The notes under the pieces were generated by a model. That model searched no databases and was not told where the DNA came from. It saw nothing but the letters and a program-made list of their open reading frames with translations. Source: Phoronis australis (taxonomy: Eukaryota; Animalia; Phoronida). Taken from it: DNA of 64,000 nt. The translations under genes were made by a program, and so were the position numbers. Shown piece by piece: positions 38,217 through 50,700 of this stretch. The DNA is taken from positions 186,001-250,000 of the forward strand of contig NMRA01000330.1 in the NCBI GenBank assembly GCA_002633005.1. The letters are read 5' to 3'. Position 1 is the first letter of the stretch. Every line of letters begins with the position of its first letter.

Positions 38217-39309
38217 TTCTTTTGTCACAATCATTTGAAATATGTGTCTCGTAATTTTCAGTCCTCTATGGTCTCGTAATTGCCGCGAATGTTACGTCAT
38301 TCTGTGTAATACTGGTGACATGAAATCAGGCACGTTCTGTAAACTTATACTTGGTGATGTACGCAGAAATTTGGTGACGAATGTGATAGAAGATGCCAGA
38401 AAATTTAGATTATTTCAAATCCATAATCTTTACGAACTTAAAAGTCTGGCGCTATATATTTGAGGAGCAACAGTGATAAGAACAGAAATTCTGTCATAGT
38501 AAATTGTAATATAAACTATATTATGATTCAAAGGCCTACATACAATAAACATTTCTGTGACAAGAAATGTAAACGAGTGGTCATTTGGCCTTTTTAAGCT
38601 TTCGAGAAGTCCGTGTCGTTGGAAAATACAGTATCCATAACTGGTATCGTATCTGCCGTACGGAAAACATCGTTCAAAATGTAATTCGCTTTTGTCCTGA
38701 CCATGTCTGGTTCACTCTCACATTCTCCTGGCCTCAGGCTCAGGGGATGACTGAGTAAATACGTTCAAACCTGACACTGAATAGTTTGAATGAACTTAGC
38801 TTCCATTCACTTGACCTTATCTTAAATAACGTTCTTTGTAGCGTAACAAAAAGTTATCGACCCGTAGACAACGAACAGTTTGTGAATGTTCACTAACAAT
38901 GTTGTTGGACAAACACAAAATATGTTTTGCATTGATCAGGGCGTTTCATGCTAACAACATGTTGTCCTATATGGGAGTCCCAGCTGTTACTCGAATTTTT
39001 TTAAATAAGAGAGATTATCGCGATGTAACCTTCATGGGATGATTTGAGACGCGGTAACTATTCATCACGTCAAAAAGTTTAATTACAAGTAAACCTTCGA
39101 GTGCATGTGTTCTCAACACAACTGTGGAGTGAACAGGTATTCTATTCGAATGTAAAGCACAATCACTTGACTGTGTTATGTGTGTCAGTTTTCTGTTAGA
39201 TCACTATCCTACGTCTTTGTTTGACAGAAACTTACACCAAATCGCCTCGCCCACGGATGAACTGGTTACTCACAACTGAAAACATTGCAGAACAGTGGGC
39301 GTTGTCAGC

Positions 39310-41561
39310 ATGACCGATGTCCGAGACCAGAGCAGTCCTGGGTCTGATTCAGGCTACTCAGCGGAGGCGTGTAGTGAGACGGGGATTGAAAATGCTTTGG
39401 AAAGACTACGCATGGATGAATTCACGCCCGATCAACTCCTTGACGGGGAAGATTCAGGTACCCTAAAGTGTTTTTATTAGGCCTAATCCGCTTGCGTTTT
39501 ACTGTGTGTAAATGCCTTTTCATGACCCTTTGTCGAAGACATACCCATAAAACGTACGTCATAGTATATTTTCCAAGGTATCTATGCCTTAAGCCAGCTA
39601 ACATTTTACACAAGAAGATATGTTCACGGCCGTAAAAACAAAAATGCAAGAGAGCTTTGTCCATAATTTTTACTGGCCCTGCTCCTAAATACGTGCACGT
39701 AACAGGAGATATATTATTAAAAATTAATTTCGTTTGCCGAAACCGTTCCACTTCGGATTTAAATGCCAACCATATTTTACACATAGGTTTAATTACCATT
39801 TCCTTCGCAACAGAGTACTATAGTATTGCCCTTTCTCATATGAATAACAAGAGCAGTTCCAAAATTTGTGGTAGTGTATTGTCTGGCTTCTTAGTCAAGG
39901 CTAAAATGCCTGTACGCGCATGTTTGGTTAGGGATTGCGGGTTCATTCGTAAAAGGTTTTCAACAAGTGTAATTTGCTGCTTTCCTTTTGTTGATCTTAC
40001 GCAGTATATCGATGGTAAAGCAAAACTTTCAGCGTGAAGGATTAATAGGATTCTGTGTGTCCGTCCTAGCTGTCGTTATAACTTTGAGCAAACGTACATA
40101 AAGCCGTTACAGCGTCTCCCAACGACTATTTCTCCCAACGACTATTCTCGTAATCATTTTTGATATAGGCTTATCCTTATCAAACACACTCAACGATAAT
40201 ATTTACATTTTGAAGGCATAACAATTGGGCTTATCATTAATCTAAAGTGGTAGGTATCCACGGTGTTGCAGCAACTGTGAGGTCGCTGACTTTCAGTACT
40301 CATCGGTACTTCGTCTCATAGGTAGCTGGGTCTGTCAGCTACCGTCTCTACTGTGTAATTTTGTTTTGCCTGGGGTCTTCGGTATATTGGCATTTTTAAG
40401 TTAGAGATTTGTGGCTACCGCAAACAAGTGCTAAAAATAGTTTTTGAAATTTTAAGAGGTCGTGTCTCACACAATGTCTCCTGTGTAGGTGGTTTAGGGT
40501 CGGGGAGGATTAGGTTTGGCTTCGTTTTGAGTAACTTGAGGACTTCTCGTCGTTTTGGATTGGCAAGGATATCTCTATTGTTCAACTTAGGTATTACGCT
40601 GCTCACAATAGTGAAGATACGGATTTCGTATCATTTGACATGTCAATGAAAACTGTGATTGGACGGCAGAAAAGACGATTTAATGGCATTTGTGAAATTC
40701 ACCTTTTTTCAATTCATCAGCAAAAACGTCTGAGTCTTTGTTTCAGTACCAAAACAGTTTCGAAATTGTCAACAATTAAAAGCCGCCTTATATAGATTAT
40801 GAGTGATAAAACACCCAGCTCTTAATTTTCCAGTCAGCACGGCTTCAAGCGGCGAACCAGATACAGACAGCGTGAACTCGCAAGAGGGTGATCCTTCCAA
40901 ACAAAAATTAGATATCTGGAGGGATGACCCAAGAAAAGTTGAAGGCGGCAAAGAAAAGAAAAAGAAGAAATCGCTTCTCCAGAAAATCATTGCAAAAGAG
41001 AAAGTCCATAAACATCTGCCGGTGATTGACTTCACTATTGTGACAGTGAATTCTCTTCCGCAAATGTTTCTGGCCAAATATCTCGGGAAAAGGCCGACAA
41101 AAGCGCTACACGGTGTCAAACACACGCGCTGCCATGTTGACGACATGGTAAAAGCCGCTACCAAGCTACCATCTGGTACTGAACTTCCCCTCGTTGTGTT
41201 GCAAGTAACAAAGAAGGGACTAGACATCAACGAACACAAACGAAACAAAAACAAAGATTTTGAAGGCGGTTTAATACCGATCGAGTTCATTTCGTACGGG
41301 GTGCAGGACGTCAAGTTTTTCAGAATATTTTCTCTTATCATGGTGCATCAAATGTCTTCCCGAAGGAGGGACTGTGAATGTCACGCCTGGGCGTGCGATT
41401 CTCCCTTGTCAGCGCGGAGATTGGCCCTCTCGATTTCGTTGGCATTTCAAGAATTCTCCAAGTCTGTTAAGGACCTCAAAGGTTCAGTATTTAAGGTTGA
41501 CTTAAGAACGCCACAAGCGGCTGTCAAAGATTTGGAAAAAACCGATGAGTGTGACGCCTAG
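39310..41561 (+). CDS. PTB/PID (phosphotyrosine-interaction) domain adaptor protein, ~291 aa, 2 coding exons
   Basis: Exon 1 39310-39457 (MTDVRDQSSPGSDSGYS..., donor cag|gtaccc, phase 1) joins in frame to exon 2 40834-41561 (ttttccag|tc). FLAKYLG, LQVTKKGL, ISYGVQD..FRIFSLI and CHAWAC...ARRLALSISLAFQ follow the PTB fold pattern. Confidence 0.88.
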
Positions 41562-44279
41562 CGTGTTAAGGCCAACTGTGTATTTATTTCGCATTCTGCA
41601 AATGCGATTAAAAGATTAGAAGATTACCAGAACTGTTGTTAAATTTACAATCAAGTACAGGTCATTTTTATCATCATTTTTACATAGAGTGAAAACTAAA
41701 TGATAAACAAAAATGTAAAACGTGAAATTAATCAGTATTGTTACGAAATATATGCATAGATTATTACATGTTCTCAGTCGTTATACCCTGTAATCTAGAG
41801 CCGTAATGGATTTTGGAGAATTATCGTTCTTGGGGCGTCTATTTATACCACATACTGAACGATAAAAATTGCAATGAATCGATCCATCTTTCTCTAGTCG
41901 CCTCGGCTTTGTAACTACTTTCTGTGTCAGAGGCCCGGGGTAATCGTTGTTATTGAAACTGTCTCTGTTACTTTTCACATCGTATAAATGCCTGGTTCGA
42001 AACCGTTCTCCGGTTCCGCCAAAATGTTATTCAACACGGGTTGAATAACGATATGGGTTATTCAACGGTTGTATTGGAAATGTCGGTCACATAATGTTTG
42101 ACGTGTGGCTGTATCTAGTATTCCATAACTCAACATTTATCTTCAGCAATCATGATTTTATTTTGTTACCCAAAATAAAGACTGTCATATCAAATTGTAA
42201 TCTAAACTTTTCATTCGAATTCCACAAAAATACACTTGAACTTTGTAAGGGACAAGAGTCGCAACTTCACACGACGAGAGATTAGCTAGCATAATGCAAC
42301 CTTTCAAATACCAACAAGGTCATAACCAGGGGCGAAACGAAGATTACGGGTTAGCGTTAAAGATTGCTGACTTGCAGCACAAAAATATACATCGGCGGCT
42401 ATGCTTTCGTGAAAGAATAGACGATCAGGATCACTGAAGATAGAGAGCTGTAAAAGTGATGCCGACCGGAAGGAGCGGTGACGTCGGTGGAGGAGATGGA
42501 AGTGTTGACCAGGGTCGCACGCTGTTAGTGAATGACGTGCTGCGCAATAAAACAGTGCTCTCCGATTTCAAATGTTAAAACTCTGGTTTGGCTCCTGCGA
42601 ATGACTAAACAGGTACAAGGGGGTCCAGTATTGAAATCATGAACAATTTCGTCGCTTGAGGAAGAATGTTACTTTGTAGCGGTATTTTGAAAGGAATGCG
42701 GCGCATCTTTGTCCACTATTACCAGTTTTGAAACATATATTTCCCTCTGTCGGTCCATTTGACGTAATATTACCCACAGGATCACGGCCACTAATACTTA
42801 TGTCCTCTGATTGGCTAAAACGCGCAGATAACTTCCGGTATAACGCAATATTAACCAATCACTTTCCCATCCATGTCGCGCGAACGTCAGATGTCGCTAT
42901 TCAAGAGCTTTCTCTGTGTCCTCATTGAATGATGATCTCTTGTTACGTTGTTTATGTACCATCTTGTTGCTTTGTTTATGTACCAGAACTCTGCACTAAT
43001 GTGCATATAGGGAACACATGGCGATAAAGGAAACTGCAGCATGTTTTTACGACATAACTGCCAATACTACGATCGGCTTAATGGTATGAATGCGTTGTAA
43101 TACCGACTGAGAAGTATTTTACCACGAAGTTTGCGTGGCAGATGTAGTTAGATACTTGTTCTACTGTGCATTATGATATTCTGATACAGCTAGCTTAGAG
43201 CGTGTATAAAGACTAACTCAAGCATCCGTGGTGTAAAATTAGGAACGGTAACACGTCTAAATCTGCCAGAATTGGTGAAAGATAGCGTTGCGTTGACTAA
43301 AGATTCCGTGAAGTGGGACCCTGGAGGCAACAAGATTGTAGAAGCTTGCATGGTTTTCGTTATCAAACAGTGTAATGTTCCGACATTAATTTTTCGAGTC
43401 GGCAGTTCATAACTCTTTTTGCTCAATGTACTTTATTTGCTCAATTAGCGCACATGCTACACACATCAACAATGGGTGCACTTTCGGATTTATGGTCGGT
43501 GTTATTGATTAGGGTTCCAAAAGCAAGACTAGATTTCAGGAATATCAGATATACATCTAGGAATAAGCAAACAATAAAACTCTAGGAATCCTAATGCCCT
43601 GAGGTGACCATTCACTTACTCATAAAATTTCAAACTGTCTTTTTCCTAAATATTCTTTTAAGAAATATCCAAAAATGAAATTCATACAGCAGGGACATAC
43701 GATTACAAATTTTAAAACGGCTGAGGAAGCGCACTGTCACTATATTAGGCATTTGTTTGGGCTTGAAAACACTATGCACACGTGTTGTAATTTATTGTCA
43801 AATGTGGGAAAACAATCGGCGATCGATAAAAAGTTTTTCACTTCGTGGATTGTATTGTAATGAGCAGATGTTTCTTAAAACAGTCGCGTGGAGCGGATGA
43901 GGGGGTGGGTGATGTCACGGTTTACTCATGCAGGTAAAAATTACGAACTTCAAATAATGCGCCAGGACTACTGAATCATTGATCTGCTAGACCCATGCAT
44001 ACCAATCTCATTTACATATATAGTTACAGAATTCTTTGCTGTAATTAGCTTCAATTGTGTACATCCTGGCTCCTCTTCTCAGGTTCTTCTTAAAACGTCT
44101 CTCTGTATCTGCGTTCATTCGTCTGTCATGCACTATCTAAATGAATGTGATGGCGTTTAGTTTCCTCAACGCGTTTGGACTTGAAACCAAAGTAATGTTC
44201 AACCCACTGTGCATCACTGTGGCCCCCAACTTCCCTCACAACAACGCTACCACANATTTTACGGGAACCTTGTGCGACA

Positions 44280-44790
44280 GAAAACAACCAAGTTTGTCAC
44301 CCTTTCGCTTTGCATTTCGCGCGGTCAGCTTGCTGTTCTTTGATGATTCCTCTCGTGGACCTAATCGCATCATTCCTCCAAGGAGACTATTCGATAATAA
44401 TCACACGCTGCTCGACCTCTTACCACAGAATCAAGTCTTGTGGCAGAGTTGTTTCCACTACACACGGAAGCACTTCTATCTTTCTCCCCAGATCAACTCT
44501 CATCTTCCACCTTAACCCGCCATTGATACATAGCTGTTGACGTGTCTTCTTTCTTGGTTCACTTGTCCAAACGAACTGAATTTTCTGCTTGCCTTGGACT
44601 GCGCTGCTCTCCTATTCCGCTCGCATCTATGAGATCTGCAATGGTATTCAATACCTAGGTCGTGATACCATCTCCATCGGCCTTCCTGCAACGCCGTTTT
44701 AACGTCCTGTCAGTGTAATGGACAATGCTCCTCTTTTGACACACTACAGACAGGTTGGTCGTCCAGTAGGTCTCAACGCAGAAGGTGAGT
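44280..44790 (-). mobile_element. Decayed RLE-type non-LTR retrotransposon (Hero-like) C-terminal fragment
   Basis: Minus strand ALQEGRWRWYHD/VLNTIADLI and WKMRVDLGRKIEVLPCVVETTLPQDLILW*EVEQRVIIIE..PW...CKAKG*QTWLFSV match the RHD plus PD-(D/E)xK endonuclease region; multiple stops and frameshifts. Confidence 0.7.
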
Positions 44791-44929
44791 AGGCGATTCT
44801 AACAAGAGAGGGAAGTACAAAGTGGATACGCATTGGCTCCATTCTCCAGATGACTCTCCACCTTATCTTTGTCCTCTTAGTAAAGGGAGACGGGCTAACC
44901 TGCCTACTCGTAATCGAACACGGAATTAT

Positions 44930-45738
44930 TATTTCCCATTCTATTTTTATGGGAGCTCATGTGCGAGCTCAAGATAAGATCTGTTATTCTGTGCTACAGT
45001 GTATTATGGTTTACGTAGATGACCGTCTATTGTAAGTTCGTAAATGATGACCTCTAGATTCAACTTACAAACTCGAGTAAAAACTCAAAATTTCGAGTTC
45101 AAACTCCAACTGTTCGTCAAGAACAAACTCGGAGCAGACAATCGTCCACATAAACCCTAATGCACTCTAGCACAAACTAACAGACATATGTCTTGAGTTC
45201 GCACAAAAATAAAACGAAAAATGTCAAAAATAATTTCGAGTTCGATTCCGAGTACAAAAATTAGACCTAAACCCTGGTCCATGTACAATGTCAACTCAGT
45301 TGGACTGTCTTTGTTTTCCAATGATCTCATCTCATCTTGGACCATAGTTCTCCACTGATTCTCAATCGCTACCTCCACTTTTGGGATGCACCTAATCCTT
45401 GCTCTCCGACACAGGTGCAGTCGATGCTCTCCCCTTGCCCTTTGTACTCGAGATCGAACTCGATATTTCCTTCCACTTTTTGTGAACTCCAGATAAGTGT
45501 TTATTATTCTGGTTTACATGGATAACTGTCTAATCCTACCTTGTTTTGATGACCCCATCATCAACGTTCGAGTCTGACCACAAAATTTACAATTCTTACT
45601 CAAGTTTGTTGCTCGCATCTAGGGATCATCAAATGTGAACTTTGACTAGATAGATACTCATCTGCATAAAAGATAACATACTTGACCACAAAAGGAGAAC
45701 GGCAATGTTGAAAGTGCAAAAATTAGACCGCGGTCCCT
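44930..45738. mobile_element. Two adjacent degenerate copies of a ~350-bp MITE related to 54805-55192
   Basis: Shared gaactc.agataag...tattctg...tggtttac.t.gat...gatgacc...aaattagacc blocks at ~44960-45275 and ~45430-45738. Confidence 0.55.
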
Positions 45739-47774
45739 GATCTGCAACATGCATCTCTCTGCTTGACTCATCGAAGTGTAAACTAACCACGGCCTTCCTT
45801 GTCTGGTCTCGTCGGTAACTCCTGACTGCCCCACCTTCCAGTCCCTAGAGTCGCACTAAATGAGAACCAGTCTGTACTCAGATACTTCAAATTTCCCCGC
45901 CAATGAAGACATAGGCACAGGAATGAAGCCTTTGAATAATAGCGAGAAATTTATCGAATAGTCTGTACGAATTATATGGAATAAATATGTAACTTGACAG
46001 TTTTTAAGCGGCTCGATTTTTGTGCATACGTATGATATTGTGGTTTGTAAGCATGATACATTGAATTGTTCGAGTGCGTGATTCAGCAGTTTAGGAGTAT
46101 GATTCGAGGTTCTTTAGTTTATTTTTCTTATACCTTTGAAAACTGTTGCTTCAAGATTCTCGACAGTATGTCAATTTTTCAGGATGAGACCATTTCTCAC
46201 TCCAGTATTTACCGGTTCTGTGACAACCAAACTTTACTCGACTTAGAAATTGACCAACTACGTCGCGTGAAACGGGAAAATAACGCGAAACGTGTGGTGC
46301 TCATGAGCCCTGATGTGAATTAGAATTGCTTGATATTTTTTCTTAATTTTCAAAACTGAGCTGACTTAAGAAAAACACATTGACAGTTTAAACCAGTTGC
46401 AAACCATTCCGTCACAAACGCTGTCTTTTCATTTAGATCACTTTGACGTCATGAAATGGGTTTTCATGATTTTCCTTTGTCGAAGGTTTCCAAAGAATTG
46501 ACAGATCATAAATGCTTGAGACCAGATTCAGCACCAGACTGTTGTGTCATTTTATGCGAGACGTGACTTCAAGCAATAACGACATGACCTCTCCTCTGAG
46601 TTAGGGCCAAGTTGAGATATGTTATATTACGGCAAGGTTTCTAAATCGAAGGTAAACTAAGCGTCATTGATCTTGAGTTTGCTGTGTCTTCATACATGTT
46701 TATAGATTCCTTCTGCAGTTCAATTTCTCAACGTAATTGTGTTTCTGTACTTCAAATCAACTAAAAGCAAAATCATGTTAGGAATGCTATTGCGACAAAC
46801 TGCTCACCATGTTTGCAACATGGACAATAATGGCAACGTGTCTCTCAGAATAGTTTAATATCTAGAATCACAATGATCATCAAAGCATTAACAAAATTGT
46901 AAAATTGGTTTCGCATACAGGGACTTCAACTTTGGAAATACGCTTCAAAATGATGTAAATAGCGACGCAGGTTTCCGAAACAATAAAAGTTTATGAAGTG
47001 TTGTCTTTGGATCGTTTTCATTGGCAAGATCACGCAAGATATCAAGAGATATCGCCGTGTATTTTTGTGCGAAGCACGAGGTCTCGTGTTTCACTCAGCT
47101 TGCGATTATCTAGCCAGCGTTACAGTGGGGGGGCACCAGTAGGCATAAGGCTTGTTTCAATGGTTAACAGAATTGTGGGTTTCACTTTATGGTTAAGAAC
47201 ACGTACGCCACGAATAGTTGGACTGAATACAAAGTTCTACAAGTACATGTAGGCCTATTTAGTTCGGTGGCATCGTTAATGAATATTTCCTAGGGTTATT
47301 CATTCCAGTTTCGGGTGATGCAGAAGCTTAATGTATGTTTAATGACTGCGATGTTGTTGTACGTTTTCGTCGACAACAATTTCTCCCCTGTTACAAGTTA
47401 CCCGGGTGCCTTTATTAATAAAACTGTACTTGACCCATGACATCCACAACTTATAGTTAGTCAAATCAGCACCATACGCTCAAAGTGCACTTCATCATCA
47501 TTAAATCTGCCCCGAGATTTCTGGGCAGAGAAGTTGCTATATGCAAGCTTAGTAATGCAGCGTCAGTGGCTCAGCCTGTCGGATTTCGTGAGAAATAGGA
47601 TCATGGTGGAGTCCGACGAAATTAACTTTGACATGAGACAAGATGTTCATTGATCGGAGCAACTACAATAGTATCAAATTTCTTAGCTCACTATCTAGGT
47701 TTGGGTATTATTAAACGGTTTCACATGCTCTGTTCTAATGATAACAGCCAAAACTCGTTACTACCAAAATTGCG

Positions 47775-50700
47775 TTAAAACTGATTGTCCTTCAAAATGC
47801 GACTCAAATTCCACGCTGGCAACAAAAAAAGAAAAGCCATCTTCACGCCACTGAAAGGCACTAATCGGTATCCGGAATTACAAAAATCACCTAAGCAACC
47901 GCACGAAAACAACTGTCCACTTCCAAATAAACTGTCGGCTCTCGTTGATGCACAGGTTGCACGTGACCCCAGAGGCAGACATTGTCTCCGGACGGTGACG
48001 ACACCTATTGGAGAAATTGATAATTAACTGAGTGTTTCGTCGCTTGCAGAGTAGGCCCTAATCTCCCCTTTTATCACGGTTATGATTTTACCCTAGTCTT
48101 TTGGCCCTTCAATCTAAAATGAACCGCCTTCTGTCAAAAACTAACGTTTGACTCAAACTGATTCTAAATGAATTCAATTATGATTTCTGAACCTTGAAAA
48201 ACACTGTCAATTATTCGAGAGCGCCCGCAACTGTCGACTAGAGCCAGCGGGTAATTTTTAGTGCCGTGCATAGCCACAGCTTGCAATAAGGAATAGTCAA
48301 GTCTTTCCAAGACCAGGAGGCTTGTAACGGAAGCAAATTAAGACAACATAACGTGTGGTAAGTTGGTCTTTTTGACAGAAGACGGGGTTATTAAAGTTTT
48401 AACGCATCTGCAGGGATTAGTGAGGCGCTGAATTTTAACGCATTCAGCCCGAAACGGTACATTTACAAAAACATATATCATATTGTTGGCAAGCCCAGCA
48501 CAGGCAATCAAGTAGTTATCCATTTTCAACAATAGCAAATCCTTTTTGAATTCGTTTAGTTGAATGAAAAAGGAACCTTTCGAAGAGTTTCTAACTTGTA
48601 AATGGGACCCTGTTATAAAGAATTTTGCCGGTTGGAAAGGGAAATCTTTCGTGTTGAATGTCATAATAGAACGTATAGTTTCATAAGGACACTGGTCGTG
48701 AAAAAGTCTCCGTTCTGGGTGGTACTTCCTGTATAATTCTTCTTCTATGGGAGTCACCCCTCGGACGTTCAAGGCAACTAACGGACACCAAATTAATAGG
48801 TAAACTCTAATGCTTGTTCGCCCAATCCAGTGACGTTAATGAGCTACAGGTTTCAAGTTTATATAGCGGAAAAGGAATCCCCAATGCATGAACATGATGA
48901 CATTATAAAAATTTATTTACCGTTGATGACTGTTTTGATCTTGTGGCACCCATGTTGACAGTAGGTCACGTCACTTCCGTTAAACGGGTCCAAACAAATT
49001 CCTTTTAACAAAGAGCTTGATGAACAGACGTGACACTTATACTCTGAAATCCAGAGAAATGGATTTTACAAAAAACTCGTTGTCGTGAGTTCTATTGTGC
49101 ATTCTTGGTTCTACTTTAAAGTTTTACGGGTATATTAGGTCAAAATAATAAATATTCGGAATTTTGAGTGTCGGCGCTAGCCTCCTGTTCAGAAACGTTA
49201 CACTAGTTGCTCATCTTGGAAAGAGTCATCTAGAGAAAATAGACCAAAGCTCTTGTACATCAGTTGGAGAAAATAGTGTTATCTTGAATAAACCTGAAGT
49301 TACTGTTGATACTAATATTTTCTATTTTTATTACAATTGTGATAGCAGGTTTTAAACAAATTCAAAAGAAAAGGACCATGTGGGCAAAACAAAAATTGAT
49401 TTGCAGAAATTTCGTCTTGCTACGAAAAAATTAGTGCTTGGTAATGTACACGATCCCGAAATCGCGACTGGCATAAATCAAAGTTTGACTGAAAGAGCCA
49501 GAGTAGAATGTTTGAACCACAAATACCAGGCAAACAATGCGGACAGCTGACGTCGCAGCGGAACTTACGCTGGGGCAAATTACATCCGGCGGCCGATGAT
49601 TCGTCTGAAAGATCGTCACAGTCGGCTTGACCATCGCAACGAAACGCGCGATCAATGCACTTTCCGTTACTGCAGCGGAAGTTACCATTCGGACATTCGG
49701 CTGAAACGTACAATGCGATTACCCTCTGTGACAACGACACCCTCGGAGGACCTCTCGTAACACTGGAGAAGAGTCTAACATTTTGACCGGTATACCATGC
49801 ACTACAAGTGTTGACCAACCAGTTAGTTTTATTTAAGACAACTATACATATATACGCATTGGTATGCGATGTTCGTGCAGCACGTTGATGGCGTACCTCT
49901 CCTCCGGAGACTTTTGCATTTGAATGGAAGCTGGCAGGTGTGCACTAAAATGACGTCAACTAAATTTTCTAACCATTTAATGGCATGACATGCGATTCTT
50001 TGCATAGTTCAATAACTTCACCTACATGAAACTAAATATTTGAATGATCCCAACTACATCAGTCTACATATTTAAATTATTTACATTCGTTTCCATAGTA
50101 GAACAATGTAATTTTTATTGATCTAATTCTCCTGAAGACGTCACTTACATTTTTCTACATATTAAAATGACGTCACCAACATTGATCTACATGTTTAAAT
50201 GACCTCACCTGCATTTACCTGCATATCAAAATGAGATCACTTACATTTATCTATAATTAAAATTCCGTCACGTGCATTACCCACATAATTATTTCAGTGA
50301 CGTCACGTACACTTCTCCGCATAATTACCCCGACAATCTGCGCGCGAGTTCTCGTCAGAGTAGTCTCCGCAGTCGTTTATTCCGTCGCATTTCTTCGTCG
50401 GATCCACACAGTTTCCGTTTGAGCAAGAATACTGGTGCCAGTCGCAAACGCCATTCACTAAAACGAGTTAATTTGCAAACGACATCATTTCGTTTAAAGT
50501 AGTAATCTCCTACCGCAACAAAAATACACAGATCGTAAAGCACGATATCTAGAGTGAGAAACTATAAATTTATGATCAAGGAAACACAAACCGCATTTCA
50601 CGCACACACAAACACCTGAGCAAGATTACAAACTTCGCGAATTTCTCCTTGAATGATAAATAACAGCTTTTGGCTGGAGTCTTTTAAAAGTTGGGTTATT

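Noticed and set aside
40769-41341. 190-aa ORF antisense to the PTB gene, and likewise 58292-58765 antisense to the GPCR
   Set aside because: Shadow ORFs on the opposite strand of real coding sequence.
45788-47540. Short minus-strand AG...GT segments (~47478-47537, 46808-46861, 45790-45856) as exons of another gene
   Set aside because: Phases do not chain consistently and there is no recognisable domain.
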